Source of the DNA: Squalus acanthias
Lineage: Eukaryota
Assembly (NCBI GenBank): GCA_030390025.1
Contig: CM059431.1
Location: forward strand, 115,198,001 to 115,262,000
Length of the DNA: 64,000 bases
Reading direction: 5' to 3'
Part shown: in pieces, positions 13,429 through 25,812 of the stretch
Numbering within the stretch: position 1 is the stretch's first letter
Layout of the letters: every line of letters starts with the position of its first letter
Program-made: the position numbers and the translations under genes
Notes under the pieces: generated by a model
The model's database searches: none
What the model was told of the DNA's origin: nothing
What the model saw: the letters and a program-made list of their open reading frames with translations, nothing else

Positions 13429-14178
13429 GGCCCAAAATTTGCTGTAACAGGACATTTCACAGCGTGCCTCGTTCATTAGACATTTTACCTCGCCCTTCAA
13501 CTCAAAAATCTTTGCACCGCAACTTGCTGGAAGTGCGAGCTGATAACGGTCCGACGAGGGTAACAGGGCACCTGGGACCTTGGTGAATGATGGAACCAAC
13601 AGTCTATCTCCTTAACCAATGAGACTAAAGGATTGAGAAATAAACAGAGGAATGACGGAGAAGGGAACAGGGTGAATTAAAATCAAATCAGGTAGAGAAA
13701 GAGAAGAATGGGAAAGAAAGATTAGGTTAAGAGTGAGCGAAAAAAAAGAGACAGAAAGGAAAATATTTTTTTTTGAATTTTAAATTTAGAAAATCTCTAA
13801 CAACAATTTACTACCTGTAGGAATGAGATGCCACAGTTTCAATTGTTCCCTTTCTGGGCCGGAGAGGTTGAATGGCATTGCAGGAACATAAAGCTCCTCA
13901 TTAAAATTATACTTAAGTACCAGCCCTAACTTTCACCGGCGAGCTTAATTGGCAATTACTATGCAAATGCAGCAGTTTCTTGAAACTCATGGGGCGGTTG
14001 AGGGCGAGCTGCCATTTTTGCGAGGCTAACGATGGAGCGGCGCATATCATTCAGCAACTTGTGACGATTCGCAATTCACAGGTTATCTCTTCCTTGCCCC
14101 AAGTTGCTGGATTATTTACAGATTAATAATGGTGAGCGCCATTTAACTTGTTGCTATTTTCCCAGCAAATTCTGGCCT
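13429..14178. mobile_element. Harbinger-type MITE
   Basis: Imperfect TIRs GGCCCAAAATTTGCTG / CAGCAAATTCTGGCCT; flanks AAT/ATT; AT/AG-rich core. Confidence 0.7.
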
Positions 14179-14884
14179 ATTATCTCTTTGGCAATCTCAC
14201 TATTTTTATTCTATTGTCATGCACAATAGCGTATGAAGTTCAGAAATTTGTATTGGGGTTTATAACTGCTGCATAATATTTAAACCAGGCAGATTAAGAA
14301 GTAACAATTTTTTTCAAACTAGGTGATGAAGGCAGTGTGACATTGCTTTTAAAATACTAGATGCTTTTCTATGGCATTGCTCATGATAGGTCGGGAGTCT
14401 AGATGGCGGTTGGGGCATACAGCATGATCTCAATTTGAACCATGAAATGGTGGGCAACTAGCGAGCAGAGAACAGTGAGGGGGCACAGAGCAGGGCACAA
14501 GAAAATACCGAGGGGGAGTTGGTTCGTGACTAGAGCACAGCAGACAGCACAGGGAAAGGAATGACGTATACAGTTTTCAAATGAAACCCATCGGACTGCA
14601 ATAAGCTTATTTATTTTATGGTACCGGGAACACGGTGAATTATGATGGTTGCTATTCTGAGATCTCTAATCAAAAAGCTATGTGTGTGGGTGGGATGGGG
14701 GTGGGTGGAATTACTTGTCTAATCAGAACCGTATTTAAAGCCTTGGAATTCTTTTTATATATAATTGGTGTAGTACTGGACTGGTAATCTCACTATGATG
14801 ATGAATATATTCAAATCATATCTGAACAGGAAGGGAACTAACCAATAAATACAGAGCAAGTGGGAATATATATATGTATATTCT

Positions 14885-14888
<4 letters not shown>

Positions 14889-14926
<38 letters not shown>
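14889..14926. repeat. (TA)n microsatellite
   Basis: Direct reading of the sequence. Confidence 0.95.
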
Positions 14927-14929
<3 letters not shown>

Positions 14930-16201
14930 GGCTGTGAGAAAAGAAGCGGTCGTAAGCTGCATGCTGAGAGCTGTAGTTTATCAGAGTGGCAGACAGATTG
15001 AAATTAGTGCATTTTGTGGTCCATACACGCTCAGAATGACATTGGTGTATTCTGAGAGCCTGCTGATTGGTTAGAAATTTTCCACTCCGGACTTTGGAAA
15101 TGAACCAGACCTCAAGCCCCAGGTTTCTGAGACAGGAACAGGCTTCCAAATGGAAACTTTGATGAAGACATTTCAAACACAAAAGACTGAAGGCCCAGTT
15201 TTCTGAATGCACTCTCTCAGTGTGGAGCCTCGCCTGCTGGGAGTGCTTATCAAAAAATCATGGGTGCACACCCCACAGTTCTCATTCCACCAAAACAAAT
15301 AGACACATGATCTCCTGATGTGCGCTTCTGGCAAAAGAAGCTGTGCACCAGGGGTGTGCATGTAGGAATTGGTCCTTACGTTTTATGATGTTGTTAGAAA
15401 TTGTGTAATTTTTGTGTGTTTATTATGTTAGAAACTGTAGTTTCAGTAATGTGTCCTGTGATTATGGACAAAAGTAGATGGCGGTTGAAGGGCTTTTCAA
15501 AAATATTTTGACTGATTCTGTTCGTTTCACCTTATTATTATTAATTGTTTTATTAGTAGCTGGTTGCTGACTGCTGATTCGAGTGGCAATTTTCATACCT
15601 CCTTCGGTATGTCTCAATTTGTAGTTTTCATTCCCACTTGCTCCGTATTCATTGGTTAGTTCCCTGCTTGTTCAGTTGTGATTTGTTGCTTTTCTTTGAC
15701 GATTGACCTTAGAGTCATCAGGGTTTAATGTGAACACAGACTTTGCAGATGTGATATAAGTGTGACACCTGGATTGTAATGCCTGAGATGTGGCACCTGA
15801 TGGGTGATGCATGCTCACTAGTTGGAAGACATATATAATTAGCACATCTCCCATGAGGTTTTATTGTTGCAGATTTATGCTAGGGTGGGGAAATGTTGTA
15901 CATGGCTACTGAAAAAATTTGGAAAGTAATTTGTGAGAGATATGCTCCGAAACAGTAGGTGTTTTTGACTGGTTCCTGGAAAATTTGAACAAATTAGAAT
16001 TTTTTTGTGTAAGTATGCACTTCATTTGTGCAACGAAGACACACTACATGCAACATTATTATATATTGAAATATGGTGCATAGAGCTTAGAGGGCAGCAG
16101 GAATTGGAACACAGTGCAGGGTATGGAGAAAGAAGCAAACCAGTGAAGGGTTCAGAGAGTAGAGCAGAGTGGGAAGGGGGTTAAGTAGCAGACCACCGCA
16201 T

Positions 16202-16362
16202 GGAACATAGGAACATAGGAGCAGGAGTAGGCCATAGAGCCCCTCGAGCCTGTTCTGCCATTCAGTAAGATCATGGCTGATCTGTGACCTAACTCCATAT
16301 ACCCGCCTTTGGCCCATATCCCTTAGTACCTTTGGTTAACAAAAATCTATCAATCTCAGATG
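16202..16362 (-). mobile_element. CR1 (HER1-like) 3'-end fragment
   Basis: Reverse complement of ~12660-12803. Confidence 0.85.
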
Positions 16363-16621
16363 AAGTAGCACACAGCAGGAAGGAAGACCAGGGAGTAAAG
16401 CACAGAGTACAGCAAAGTAAAAAGCAGAGCAAAGTGGAGGTAAAGGAGGATACAATAGGGCCATAGGCCATGGATGAAGCCAAAGAGCAGATTATGACAG
16501 GGGAGAGACTAAAAATGAGTGGTGGGGGCAGAGTACATGACAATAGGGAAGAGGGAGTTGGATATGGCCAGGAAACAAACCAAAGAGGTGCATAGGTGGG
16601 AAGAAACCAGGGCGTAGAGTA

Positions 16622-16659
16622 GAGTCTGACGAAAGGTCTTCGACCTGAAACGTTAACTC
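16622..16659 (+). ncRNA. Minimal type-I hammerhead ribozyme motif
   Basis: GAGT-CTGACGA-A-AGGTC-TTC-GACCT-GAAA-CGTTA-ACTC: intact core, perfect 5-bp stem II, 4-bp stem I. Confidence 0.7.
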
Positions 16660-16757
16660 CGTTTCTCTCTCCACGGATGCTGCCTGGCCTGCTGAGTTTT
16701 TCCAGCGTTTTCTGTTGTTATTTCGGATTTCCAGCATCCACAGTATTTTGCTATCAT
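16626..16757 (+). mobile_element. Penelope-like element pLTR fragment (family A)
   Basis: Same sequence as 29335-29465; flanked by an 8-bp duplication AGTAGAGT (16618-16625 / 16758-16765). Confidence 0.8.
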
Positions 16758-17618
16758 AGTAGAGTACAAAGTGTTGTGGGAGGGTGGGGCTGCTAAGCAG
16801 GGCACTGAGTAGTATGAGGGCATGTGCAATAGAGCACAGTTGGGGAGGGGCTGGGGAGCACTGATCTTAATTCAATGACCCCTGGTTGATGTGTGTGTGT
16901 GTAGATGTAAGTTGAGGACAGGAGGAGTCTTGGCTGCAGTTACTGCCATAGTAGAATAGCCCCTCCCCTTGACACTCACTGTCCATGCTGATACGAGACG
17001 TGTGGATCAGTGAGTGAGGTATCAGGGGGGCCACCACCCGTGGATGCCTATTGTTATATGAGCTGCTATCTTTGGGAGAAGAGGCTGGTGGGAAAGGACG
17101 CCATATGTTGATGTGCATTAAGGTAGGCAATACTGATGTTTCTAATTTGTCTGTTTTTGACACTTTTTCACAACACATGTCATTGACGTACTGTGGATGG
17201 GTTTTAGAATTAGTCAATAGTCACAATCCTGGGAAAAAACTGGGGGGCTAGAAATTTGGCTCCGTAGTGCCTGATTTTTTGGCGCTACGGGTGCCATTTT
17301 GTGATGAGAATGGCGTCTGCGCGACGTGCGCACACTTCTGGTGCTTGCCGTGTCAGACGCCATCTTGGTGAGGGTGGTAGGGCGGGTGGTAGGAGCGTGT
17401 GGCGGAAGTATGTTTAGTAGGCAGATCGTGATGTCAATCAGCGTCCAATGCTGATTAGACGCCAGTGCTGCCATTTTTGTCCCACACCTTACCTTCGCTC
17501 TGTTACTGACCATCACAGCGTCCTCTTGGCCACAATGCTGAAATAAAAGCCATCACAAAAGAAACATTCCAATCCAACTTTATACATTAGTCCATCCAAT
17601 ATTACATAACAAAGTCAA

Positions 17619-20277
17619 CTAATCACCCTTGTGCATCCCCTTAGTGCCTGTCTTCAGTGTGCCTTTGCCTATCCTAGTGCTCCTATGAAGTGCTACCCCA
17701 GTGGCTGCAGCATGGCTGGTTGAAGGCTGCTGACTTTTAGTCGGGGAGACTTCAGATGGCCTTGCAGGACAACTTTGAGCAGCTCTGGACCTAGAAGGCC
17801 TGACTGCAGACTGCATAACCTCAGCATGGGTGGCAGCAGTCTGGGCTGCCTGGCTGATAGGCAACAGCAAGGGCACTGGTGGAGTGACAGTGGTGGGAGG
17901 ACGAATGTTGTCATCCTGAGAGAGGACAGCAGGATCGTGCTCCACGGAGCCACTGCCACTTCCCTGGGCCGGCACCTCAGCATTCCTAGTCATCTGTTGG
18001 AGGGCAGATTGCTGGACTGCTGTGACACCCTGCAAGCCCCTTTCCACACTAGTAAACCCAGCGACGATGGCAGCAGTCTAAGCTTGCGTGACAGAAGTCT
18101 GAGCTTCCATTGCAGCACTCAGATGTTGGGTGGCTTCTGCTTGTGCTACAATAGAAGCTGAAACATCGGCCATCAGGCGCTGCACCATGGTTGGGTCCAC
18201 AAGTGCGCTAATGGAGTTGGCCATCACTTACATGCTGGAAATCATTGGCTCCAAGCTCTGCGCAAAGCACTGTGCAAGGTTGGTGCCGGACTCCTCCATG
18301 CTTCTTGACATTGCACTCAGGCTTTCTGGCAGGCCTGCCAAAGCACCATTTCAGTGTGCATACCCATTAGCGTTCTTCTGTAGGCCGCCCCATCGAAGTC
18401 CTAATCTGAGTCCTTTGCAGCACAACTTGTGTGCGACCTCGCCCTCTGGGGAACTGGTACCTGCGCTACTCTTTCCCTCTGCCTGGCTGCAGGCCACTTT
18501 TGCCCAGTGTCTCACCACGTGCAGGTTCCACCTCTAACCTATCCTCTAAACTACGGAGTGTCACTATCTGAAGTGCTGGCTGCGAGTGTGAAATCAGTGT
18601 CTTTGTGTTGTTCTGTTTTGTGCTCCTCTATCTGTGCCTGGCCAGGTGTCAGTTCTTGGCTATCTGAAAGGAGAAAGGCACAAGAGTAAGGTTGTGATGA
18701 TGGGATGGGGGGAAAGCAACAGATGTATGCTTGCACCATGTGCAGCTTGTAGATCAGAAGAGATTGTGGAATGAGGGAAAAGTGGAATGTGAGAAGAAGG
18801 ATTATGTATGAGGATACCAGCATTTTGTATTCTTTCAGCCCCGCCGCTGGCCATGTGCTCAGCAATGCCACTCCCAATAATGGCCAGCACCGTCTCCTCC
18901 ACGGAGGTCGGGTTATGCAGGTGCGCCTATCCCCCATTGGTTAGACCCTGCTGGAGCTGGTTCCAGTCCCGCCCCCAATGACATCAGACGCACAGACACG
19001 ATTTTGCGTCAATTGGCCTTGTTAAGCCCGACCTGCGGGCTTGCCGGCCAAATAAGAGGAAGCCGGTGTCAGATGACGTCAGTTGATGATGCGTCATCTG
19101 CCGGTTTTCTTAAAGGGGCCATGCAAAAAAGAAATTGACAGCTGATTTTTCAGTGTTTAACAGCATTGAGGTGCTACAAACATTGACAATCACTGTACAA
19201 AGGTGAGCCCTTGCATCCAGGCTCTCCAGTGACTCCCTCCTTAGGCTAGAACAGATGGCAGCTGCAGGTGAGGTTACAGAAGTGATCTGTCACTGGTGAG
19301 AGAGGTTCTCCCAATGAGGTGGGACTACACACACAATCCAAAACTTGTCACCTACAGAAAAGTGTAAATGCATTAAAAATGATTTTCCCAATATTTTCTT
19401 ACTTCTGAAACTTACCAGTGTACCATTGACTCCTTCACACCACTTCTGCAGCTGTCATCAATGCAGAAACATTACAGTAGACCCACAGCACACCACACTT
19501 ACTTGGCGTGGTGTCCGGACGTTGGGAAGCCCGCAGTAGACCTGTCAAAATTGCAAAAAGCCTCTTAACTGCCTGTTAACAACCTGTTAACAAGCAGTTA
19601 AGTGGCTACAATCCTCTTCCTGCCGCTAGGTATTGGGTCTATGTGCAAATCGGGGACCCGACACCTGGGAAGATTGATTGGAGGCGGGTTGACAGCGAGT
19701 TACCGACCCGCTGTCAATCTTTGCGATTTTGTTGGATGTCCCGCCTTCAAATCTGCCGCTTGAGTGCCGACAAAATTCCGGCCAATGTATTTGGGTGATA
19801 TTCCTGTCATGGTTGAATAGCTGACAGTGTGTGCAAGCTGTGAGATGCGGGTGCGAGGCTTGCAGCTGGTAAACGTGTGAGGGTGAGGTGAAGCTATGAA
19901 TGTGAGGTATGAGTCGTGTTTGGTAGAGATTGTTAGCAGGTGAGTGATGAGGGTATGGTGCATTGAGCAGTGTGTGAGGCTAGTGGTGCAGATGGTGGGA
20001 TATGGTATTTGAAGATGAATTCACTGACCTTGACCACTCGTGTGAGTTCATTAAACTTTTTCCTGCACTGTGTCCAGGTCGTCAAGGCTATACTGCTGGC
20101 ATTCACCACAGCGGCTATCTGCTCCCATTGGATTTTACATATTTGCCTGGAGGACCTCCTGGCCCCCTGTGGAAACAGGACCTCTCTCCTCGAGTTAACC
20201 TCCTGTACCAAGGCCTCCAGTGCTGCTTCAAAAAACTTTGGTGCACGCTCTCTCCCCTGTTTTGTCCTCTCACTCAC
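17619..20277 (-). pseudogene. Three-exon Myb/SANT-like DNA-binding protein pseudogene (Harbinger ORF1 type)
   Basis: Exon 1 20277-20029 (RAPKF..ALEALVQEV..RREVLF..WEQIA..WTQCRKKFNEL; donor AAG|GTCAGT). Exon 2 remnant ~18960-18818 (donor |GTATCC). Exon 3 18663-17619 (acceptor TTTCAG|). GTG at the start position; stops and frameshifts. Confidence 0.8.
18965..19783. mobile_element. Nested non-autonomous Harbinger-type element
   Basis: Inverted copy of 3706-4490; right TIR CAAAATTCCGGCC; its left portion is similar to 38820-39030. Confidence 0.8.
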
Positions 20278-21010
20278 TTGAATGAGTTGCTGCAGGCAGA
20301 ATGCACCTCCCCTTTAAGAGGTGCAGACTGCCTTTAAGAAGTGCAGACTAGCTTCAATTGGTGCTAGGCTCGCACAAACTTGGGCCCCCTGCTGAGAGTT
20401 CAGCCACTCAGTAGCGCGTTTAGCACTGGGCTGAATGCAGTAATCATACTTATCAGCAGGCAGCACGAAGTTAGCGTGTTGCTTGCATTCCTTTCAAAGG
20501 ACGCGGGGTGATCGCACCTCACGATGCCCACGCCCGTTTTCACAGGCAAACGAATTTCTAGGCCTGTGTACCGTATATATAAAGAAATTGTAAACCCATT
20601 CTTTTCAAACAGATTTACAATTTAGTTACACACAGCATGCAAATGAAATCTTCCCTCTTTATTGACTAATCCTAGAAACCCATTGTCAATAAATCAATGA
20701 TTGGATGTTCTTTTCTATAAAAATATTTTGCCTTGACAAGTAAGTTACACTGGGCAGGTTTTAAATATTTATTTTTTCCTCACCAATTTTAGCCCCTCCT
20801 TTCTTGAAGGCCTTGAGTCCTCACTGGGGTGTAGTTCCATCGGCAGCAATTGCCCTTTGGCACCTCACCCAACTGCCCATTATTAGTTTGTAAACCACAG
20901 GGACTTCACAGCTGAGCTTGATCCTACACTGGACAGATCTTAATATAAATGGTCATAACGATTTTGATGGCAAATAGGGTATAAAAGCAAGAATGTCTTC
21001 AAAACAAATT

Positions 21011-21743
21011 GGGCTGTAATTTGCGGCCCCTATGGGTGCGTACGAGGTACGCCCGCGCCCGTAAGGGCCACGCAAGTTCCGGGTTTAGGCATGTGCTGTT
21101 CAAGCGCGAAAACCCGGAACTTGCGATCTGTCGAGAATCTTCTTGACAGATCCTCCGCATCCCCTGGAAAAGGGCCTCTGCGGGTGGAGAGTTGCCCAAC
21201 TTCTGCCCAGCGAATGCCCGTGAAATTCTTACGCGTAAGGCCTGCTCTTACCAGCGTAAGAGTTTTAAAAAACAGAAAAATAAAATGTTATCAATAATTT
21301 ATACATTTAAAAACTTGTAGGTAAGTTTAATTTTAGCCCCTTTAAAATATGTACATTTATTTTTCAAAAAATTTAATTTTTGTTTTAAATATTTAATTAA
21401 ATGCCATTACATTAATTTTAAATATGTGACTTTTTTTTATTTATTTGATGTCTAGGTGTATTTTTTGGGGTATTCCCATTCATGCTTATGGGGTTTCTGT
21501 ACATACGGAATCCCCATAAGCATGAATGGGGGTTCCCTTCTGTCATTCATTGGTCCGGCCCACGTGATCTCTGGTGCGCTTGCGAACCGGCTGTGCCCCT
21601 GGGATCCGTGGGCCTCTGTCCGCGGGTAACCAGGGAGGCTCGGGACCGCGAATCTCTGTACCTCCCGGACCACCAGGTAGGCGCGGATTTTATTTGCGGA
21701 TCGGCGGCCTTGCGGGAAAGCCTCCGATCGCAAATTCAGGGCC
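21011..21743. mobile_element. ~740-bp Harbinger-type MITE (family M1)
   Basis: TIRs GGGCTGTAATTTGCG / CGCAAATTCAGGGCC; GC-rich arms and AT-rich core; similar to 53821-54574. Confidence 0.85.
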
Positions 21744-22499
21744 AATATTATAACATGGTCAGATAATATCTGCAGGTTCAGCTTCCAAGAGGCGACCAAG
21801 TAATCAATGGCATTTAATATAGGAAAACACTGGGAACAACATCATTATCAAACCTGAAAACTTAACGAAAACATTTCCTTCCCTTCCACAATCACCCTTT
21901 TATATATGCATTATAAATTATCCTCGTAAAATAAAACTGGAAGTCTATAAAATACTACAGTATTGCACTATTTCCAACCAGAATTATTACACCCAGCTGA
22001 AGCCCTTTAAAATATGGGGAAAGGAATGTTTTTTTAATGTGTTCAGCTATTAGAGCCAGCTTGTGATATGTATCATATTGGCAGCCATTTTTGGACCCCC
22101 TGGACATCTGAGGAAGTACAAACTCAGATCCAAATCCTTTCGGAAATTGCCAGTTTGATAAAATAGCAGCGCAGGAAATCACTCAGATTTAATATTTTGT
22201 TGTTTAATGTTTGGCCAGTCAGTTGGCAGAACAGTGACAGGATGCTGATGTAGGTTACTCCGCCAGACATCCCTCGGAACAAATTGTTTCTGTGCTATTT
22301 AAAGCAGTTCGAAGCTGAGTACCATTTGAGCCACGTTTTGTTCAGACAATACCAAGAATGATTCCCAGCTTAAAACACCACAGTTACCCAGATAGGCTTA
22401 AAAAGTTGGGTCTATTTACCTTAGAGATACGTAGACTCTGGAACGATCTGAGAGAGGTATTTCAAATAATTCAGGGGCTAGATGGTGTTCATATTAACA

Positions 22500-22703
22500 T
22501 GATGCGGAGATGCCGGTGTTGGACTGGGGTGGACAAATGTGAGAAGTCGCACAACACCAGGTTATAGTCCAACAGCTTTATTTGAAATCACAAGCTTTCG
22601 GAGCGCTGCTCCTTCGTCAGGTGAAGAAGGAGCAGCACTCCGAAAGCTTGTGATTTCAAGTAAAGCTGTTGGACTATAACCTGGTGTTGTGCGACTTCTC
22701 ACA
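22500..22703 (-). mobile_element. Palindromic Penelope-like mini-element (family B)
   Basis: 12-bp TSD TTCATATTAACA (22488-22499 / 22704-22715); ~80-bp inverted arms; near-identical copy at 50718-50894. Confidence 0.85.
22588..22624 (-). ncRNA. Minimal type-I hammerhead ribozyme motif
   Basis: Minus strand reads TCAC-CTGACGA-A-GGAGC-AGC-GCTCC-GAAA-GCTT-GTGA; stems I and II pair perfectly. Confidence 0.75.
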
Positions 22704-22780
22704 TTCATATTAACAGATTGGGGGTACTTTCAACTTGGGAACGCCTGTTTTACCACTAAAACATGAGAATTAAAGAGCTA

Positions 22781-24964
22781 GGCATAGAAATTCGTGAACG
22801 CCACAAAAGCTGCTGGTGCCATCGCGGGCTGGTGTTAATGCCCGCCGAAAACAGTGGCACTGGCAACATCGAAAAATTGGCGCTGGGGACTAATTAACAT
22901 TAACCCAGCGCTAAACTTACTGTGCAACGCCGTCCTGGTGGCGTTCGTCTCGGCAGGAGGCCTCAATGTAGTGTGGCCATAGTGTCATTGCAGCAAGAAC
23001 AGCCTGCTCTGAAAGCGAGGCTGTCATTTCAGAAAACAGTGCCTGTTTCTTAAAGGGGAAGTGCCTTCTGAAATGAAAAAAAAAATCATGTAAAAATAAA
23101 TAGTTTTTAGCCCTTATAGCTCAACTGTCTTCTGAAAAAAATTAACAATAAAAAGAATTCCCAAATGGAATTCTTAAGCTCTTAAAGCTGAATTCCATTC
23201 CACACCTAATAAATGGGAATCGTGCTTCAGCACTAACACAAATGGCTCAGCAAGCCAGGGAAGGGGCACTCTGGGTCTCGCACGCAGCACTCCAGCTTTG
23301 TGCAGGGGGTCAACACTGCAAGAGAGGTCCTCTACCCACAGGGGCCAGGAGGCCCTCCAGAAAGAAGGATGTGGGACCACATCACCGAGGCCATCACTGC
23401 CAGCAGTGTTGCCCCCACCACCTGGCTCCAGTGCCCAAAGAAGCTTCATGACCTCAGACCACTGGTCAAGGTCAGTGAATGGATCTTCAAAAGCCGTGTC
23501 CTACCAACTGCACCACTAGCCTCACACACTGCTCAATGCACGACCCCCCCCGCACCCACGCAATCACTCACCTACAATCTGTACCATACATGAGGCACAC
23601 CTCCAATTCCTAGTTTCACCTCACCCCCTTGGAGGAGACAGTGCTGGCCATTCTTGGCAGGGGCATGGTTGAGACCTTGGTCAGCAGCGGGGCTGAAATA
23701 ATACAAGATGCGTATACGTTATCCTCCTTCTCGCATGCACCTCTTGCTTTCCCACCCTCCCCTCACCACAATACCACTGCTGTGCCTTCCTCATTTCACA
23801 CACCTAAGAAATCCAGCCTGCCCAGCCAATGGTTGGTCAAGAAGAGGAAGAGAAGAGTAAAGAAGAAGAAACACCATCCCTCGATTTCACACTTCCAGCC
23901 ACCAGCGCCTCGAGGTCGTTCTGCAAGGCCATTTGCAGTGTCCCCCACTGAAAGTCAGCAGCCTTCCACCAGTCATGGTAGCACTGTGTGACATCACTAG
24001 GATAGGCAAAGGCACACACAAGACCATCACGAAGAGAATGCATCAGGGTGATGAGTTGATTTCTTGATATCATATTGGATGGATAGATGGATAAAGTTAG
24101 ATTGGAAAGTTTGCTTTTATTTCAACATTGTAGCCAAGAGGATGCTGTGATGGTCAGTAACAGAGGGAAGGTAAGGTGTGGGACAAATGTTGAAAGGGGA
24201 ATTGGAGTTGTGGTCACTGGTACCACAGGCAGATGATTCCATCCCGGATATCTCGGCCAGAAAGGGGCTGTCTGAGTTGCATCCTTCCTTCTGCTTCCTC
24301 CTCTTATGTTTCTTCCTCTTCTGCATCTTGCTCTTCTCTCTGCGAGCGGATGCTGTAAATCTGAAATAAAAGCATAAAATGCTGGAAATACTCAGCAGGT
24401 CAGGTAGCATCTTGACCTGAGACATGAACTTTGTTTCTCTCTCCACGGATGCTGCCTGACCTGCTGAGTATTTCCAGCGTTTTCTGTCTTCTCAAAGGCC
24501 TTCCTTTACCAGCCGATGCCTTGCAAGAGTCCAATAGCACTCCTTGCACACTTAAAAAACTTTTAACATGTGTTGCCCCAAGCCACTACTTCAATGAAAT
24601 CAAAAAAATCCAGCCCAAAAGCTGAAATACAAACTTACCTGAAAGATGTGTGTGTCCCTTTAAGAAGTGCTAGCAGTGTCACTGTCAGTCTGCTGAATGC
24701 TCGCTTTTCAGAGCGAGCTTAAGACCCAGCGCTGAACTCAGCACTAAGGTCGAAGTTCACTAAGGTGACCTTAAGTTGGCGTGTGACATCACGCTCTCTT
24801 CAATTACATGTCTAGGGCCAGCGCTGCTATCGGCAGCGCTAATGCCCCCCCAAAATGGCGGCTGTCGAGTCCCGTGCCAGAGGAGGGCGCTAGAGTGGCG
24901 ATTGCCATTTTACGCCAGGTCAGTGGCGCAAACGGGTGGCGGTAAGTGGCCCAATTACTAGGCC
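22781..24964 (+). mobile_element. Harbinger deletion derivative with Myb-like relic (+) and convergent transposase relics (-)
   Basis: TIRs GGCATAGAAATT / AATTACTAGGCC. Myb relic at 23242-23470 (REVLYPQG..WDHITEAI..WLQCPKKLHDL). Exon 2/3 relics at 23630-24055. Acidic tail-like relic on minus at ~24215-24345. Confidence 0.78.
24347..24488. mobile_element. Inverted Penelope-like pLTR ends (family A)
   Basis: GCTGGAAATACTCAGCAGGTCAGG...CCTGACCTGCTGAGTATTTCCAGC; same sequence as the ends of 28726-29465. Confidence 0.75.
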
Positions 24965-24974
24965 TAAAGGTTAG

Positions 24975-25400
24975 GGTGCGATCTTGCATGTCTGTTTCAT
25001 GCACATAATTCTCCCATTGTCTCCTCTGGCAATGTGGCAGAGCACTCACATCTGATGGAAATACGATATTCTTCCTTCGCTTTACTTCCTTCACTAAAGC
25101 CTCCAGGGTATTATTGGAGAATCTGGGCACTCTCCCAGTCGACATATTTTTGCCTTCCAGTGCACAAGCAGACTTCAGTCGAACACCACAATGAACACTG
25201 CACCTCCCCTTTAAGAGGTGTTGGCCACCAAAAAACTGATGTGCGGCGGGCCCAAAATCCCCACCCCTGATGGCCGAGATCTCCAATTACCAGCGCAAAT
25301 TGTGCCAACAGCTCCCACATCAAATTTGAATGAGGATTGATTAATCACTCTGACATCGTTGGGCAAGCGATGTGACTGCCTCCCCACTTCATGCCCGTTA
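24975..25400 (-). pseudogene. Older Harbinger Myb/SANT-like exon-1 relic
   Basis: MSTGRVPRFSNNTLEALVKEVKRRKNIVF...QWE, with TTAAAGGG about 65 nt upstream. Confidence 0.65.
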
Positions 25401-25812
25401 TGGTGCAAGTTGAAAGTCTCCCCCATTATTTCGACTAGACAAGCTACGAACGACCAGGGGCTATGCATATAAATCATGCAAGAACAGAACTAGCTTAGAT
25501 GTCACTCAGGAGGTTCTTCTTTTCCCAGAGGATACAAGCTGCCGGCTTTTGTGGTGAGCGCTGATTTACTGCACACCTACAAAAGAGAGCTGAACCAGTT
25601 CCTGGCTGGGGCGGAGATCTTGGCTCACAAAATGTAGGTGGAATACTAAGTAATATAAATCATGGTCAATGTGGTCTCCTGGACTAGTTTTGATTGCCTC
25701 AGGGGGTTGAAGAGGAACTTTTCAGATTTCCCCCCCCCCTAAATTGTACTTGGGTTTTTATCTATTTCTTTTAAACTTTCCTAGGAGATGACATTGGCTG
25801 ATGGTGGGTGGG

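Larger units (their letters stand above)
17245..20564 (-). mobile_element. PIF/Harbinger deletion derivative carrying a Myb/SANT-like gene (transposase lost)
   Basis: TIRs GGGCTAGAAATT / AATTTCTAGGCC; Myb-like exon at 20029-20277; collinear with 44884-48295. Confidence 0.85.
22350..22720 (+). mobile_element. Old CR1 fragment hosting a Penelope insertion
   Basis: RMIPSLKHHSYPDRLKKLGLFTLEIRRLWNDLREVFQIIQG is a CR1 ORF2 C-terminal motif. Confidence 0.75.

Noticed and set aside
14838..15212. 124-aa ORF with IYIYIY repeat
   Set aside because: The repeat is a translated (TA)n microsatellite; no domain is recognisable.
19933..20277. Host MSANTD/NAIF1-like domesticated gene
   Set aside because: It lies within TIR-bounded multi-copy elements, has a GTG start, and its downstream exons are disrupted.
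22500..22703. miRNA precursor or MITE interpretation of the hairpin
   Set aside because: The 12-bp TSD, asymmetric tail and variable inversion point fit a Penelope-type retro-insertion better.
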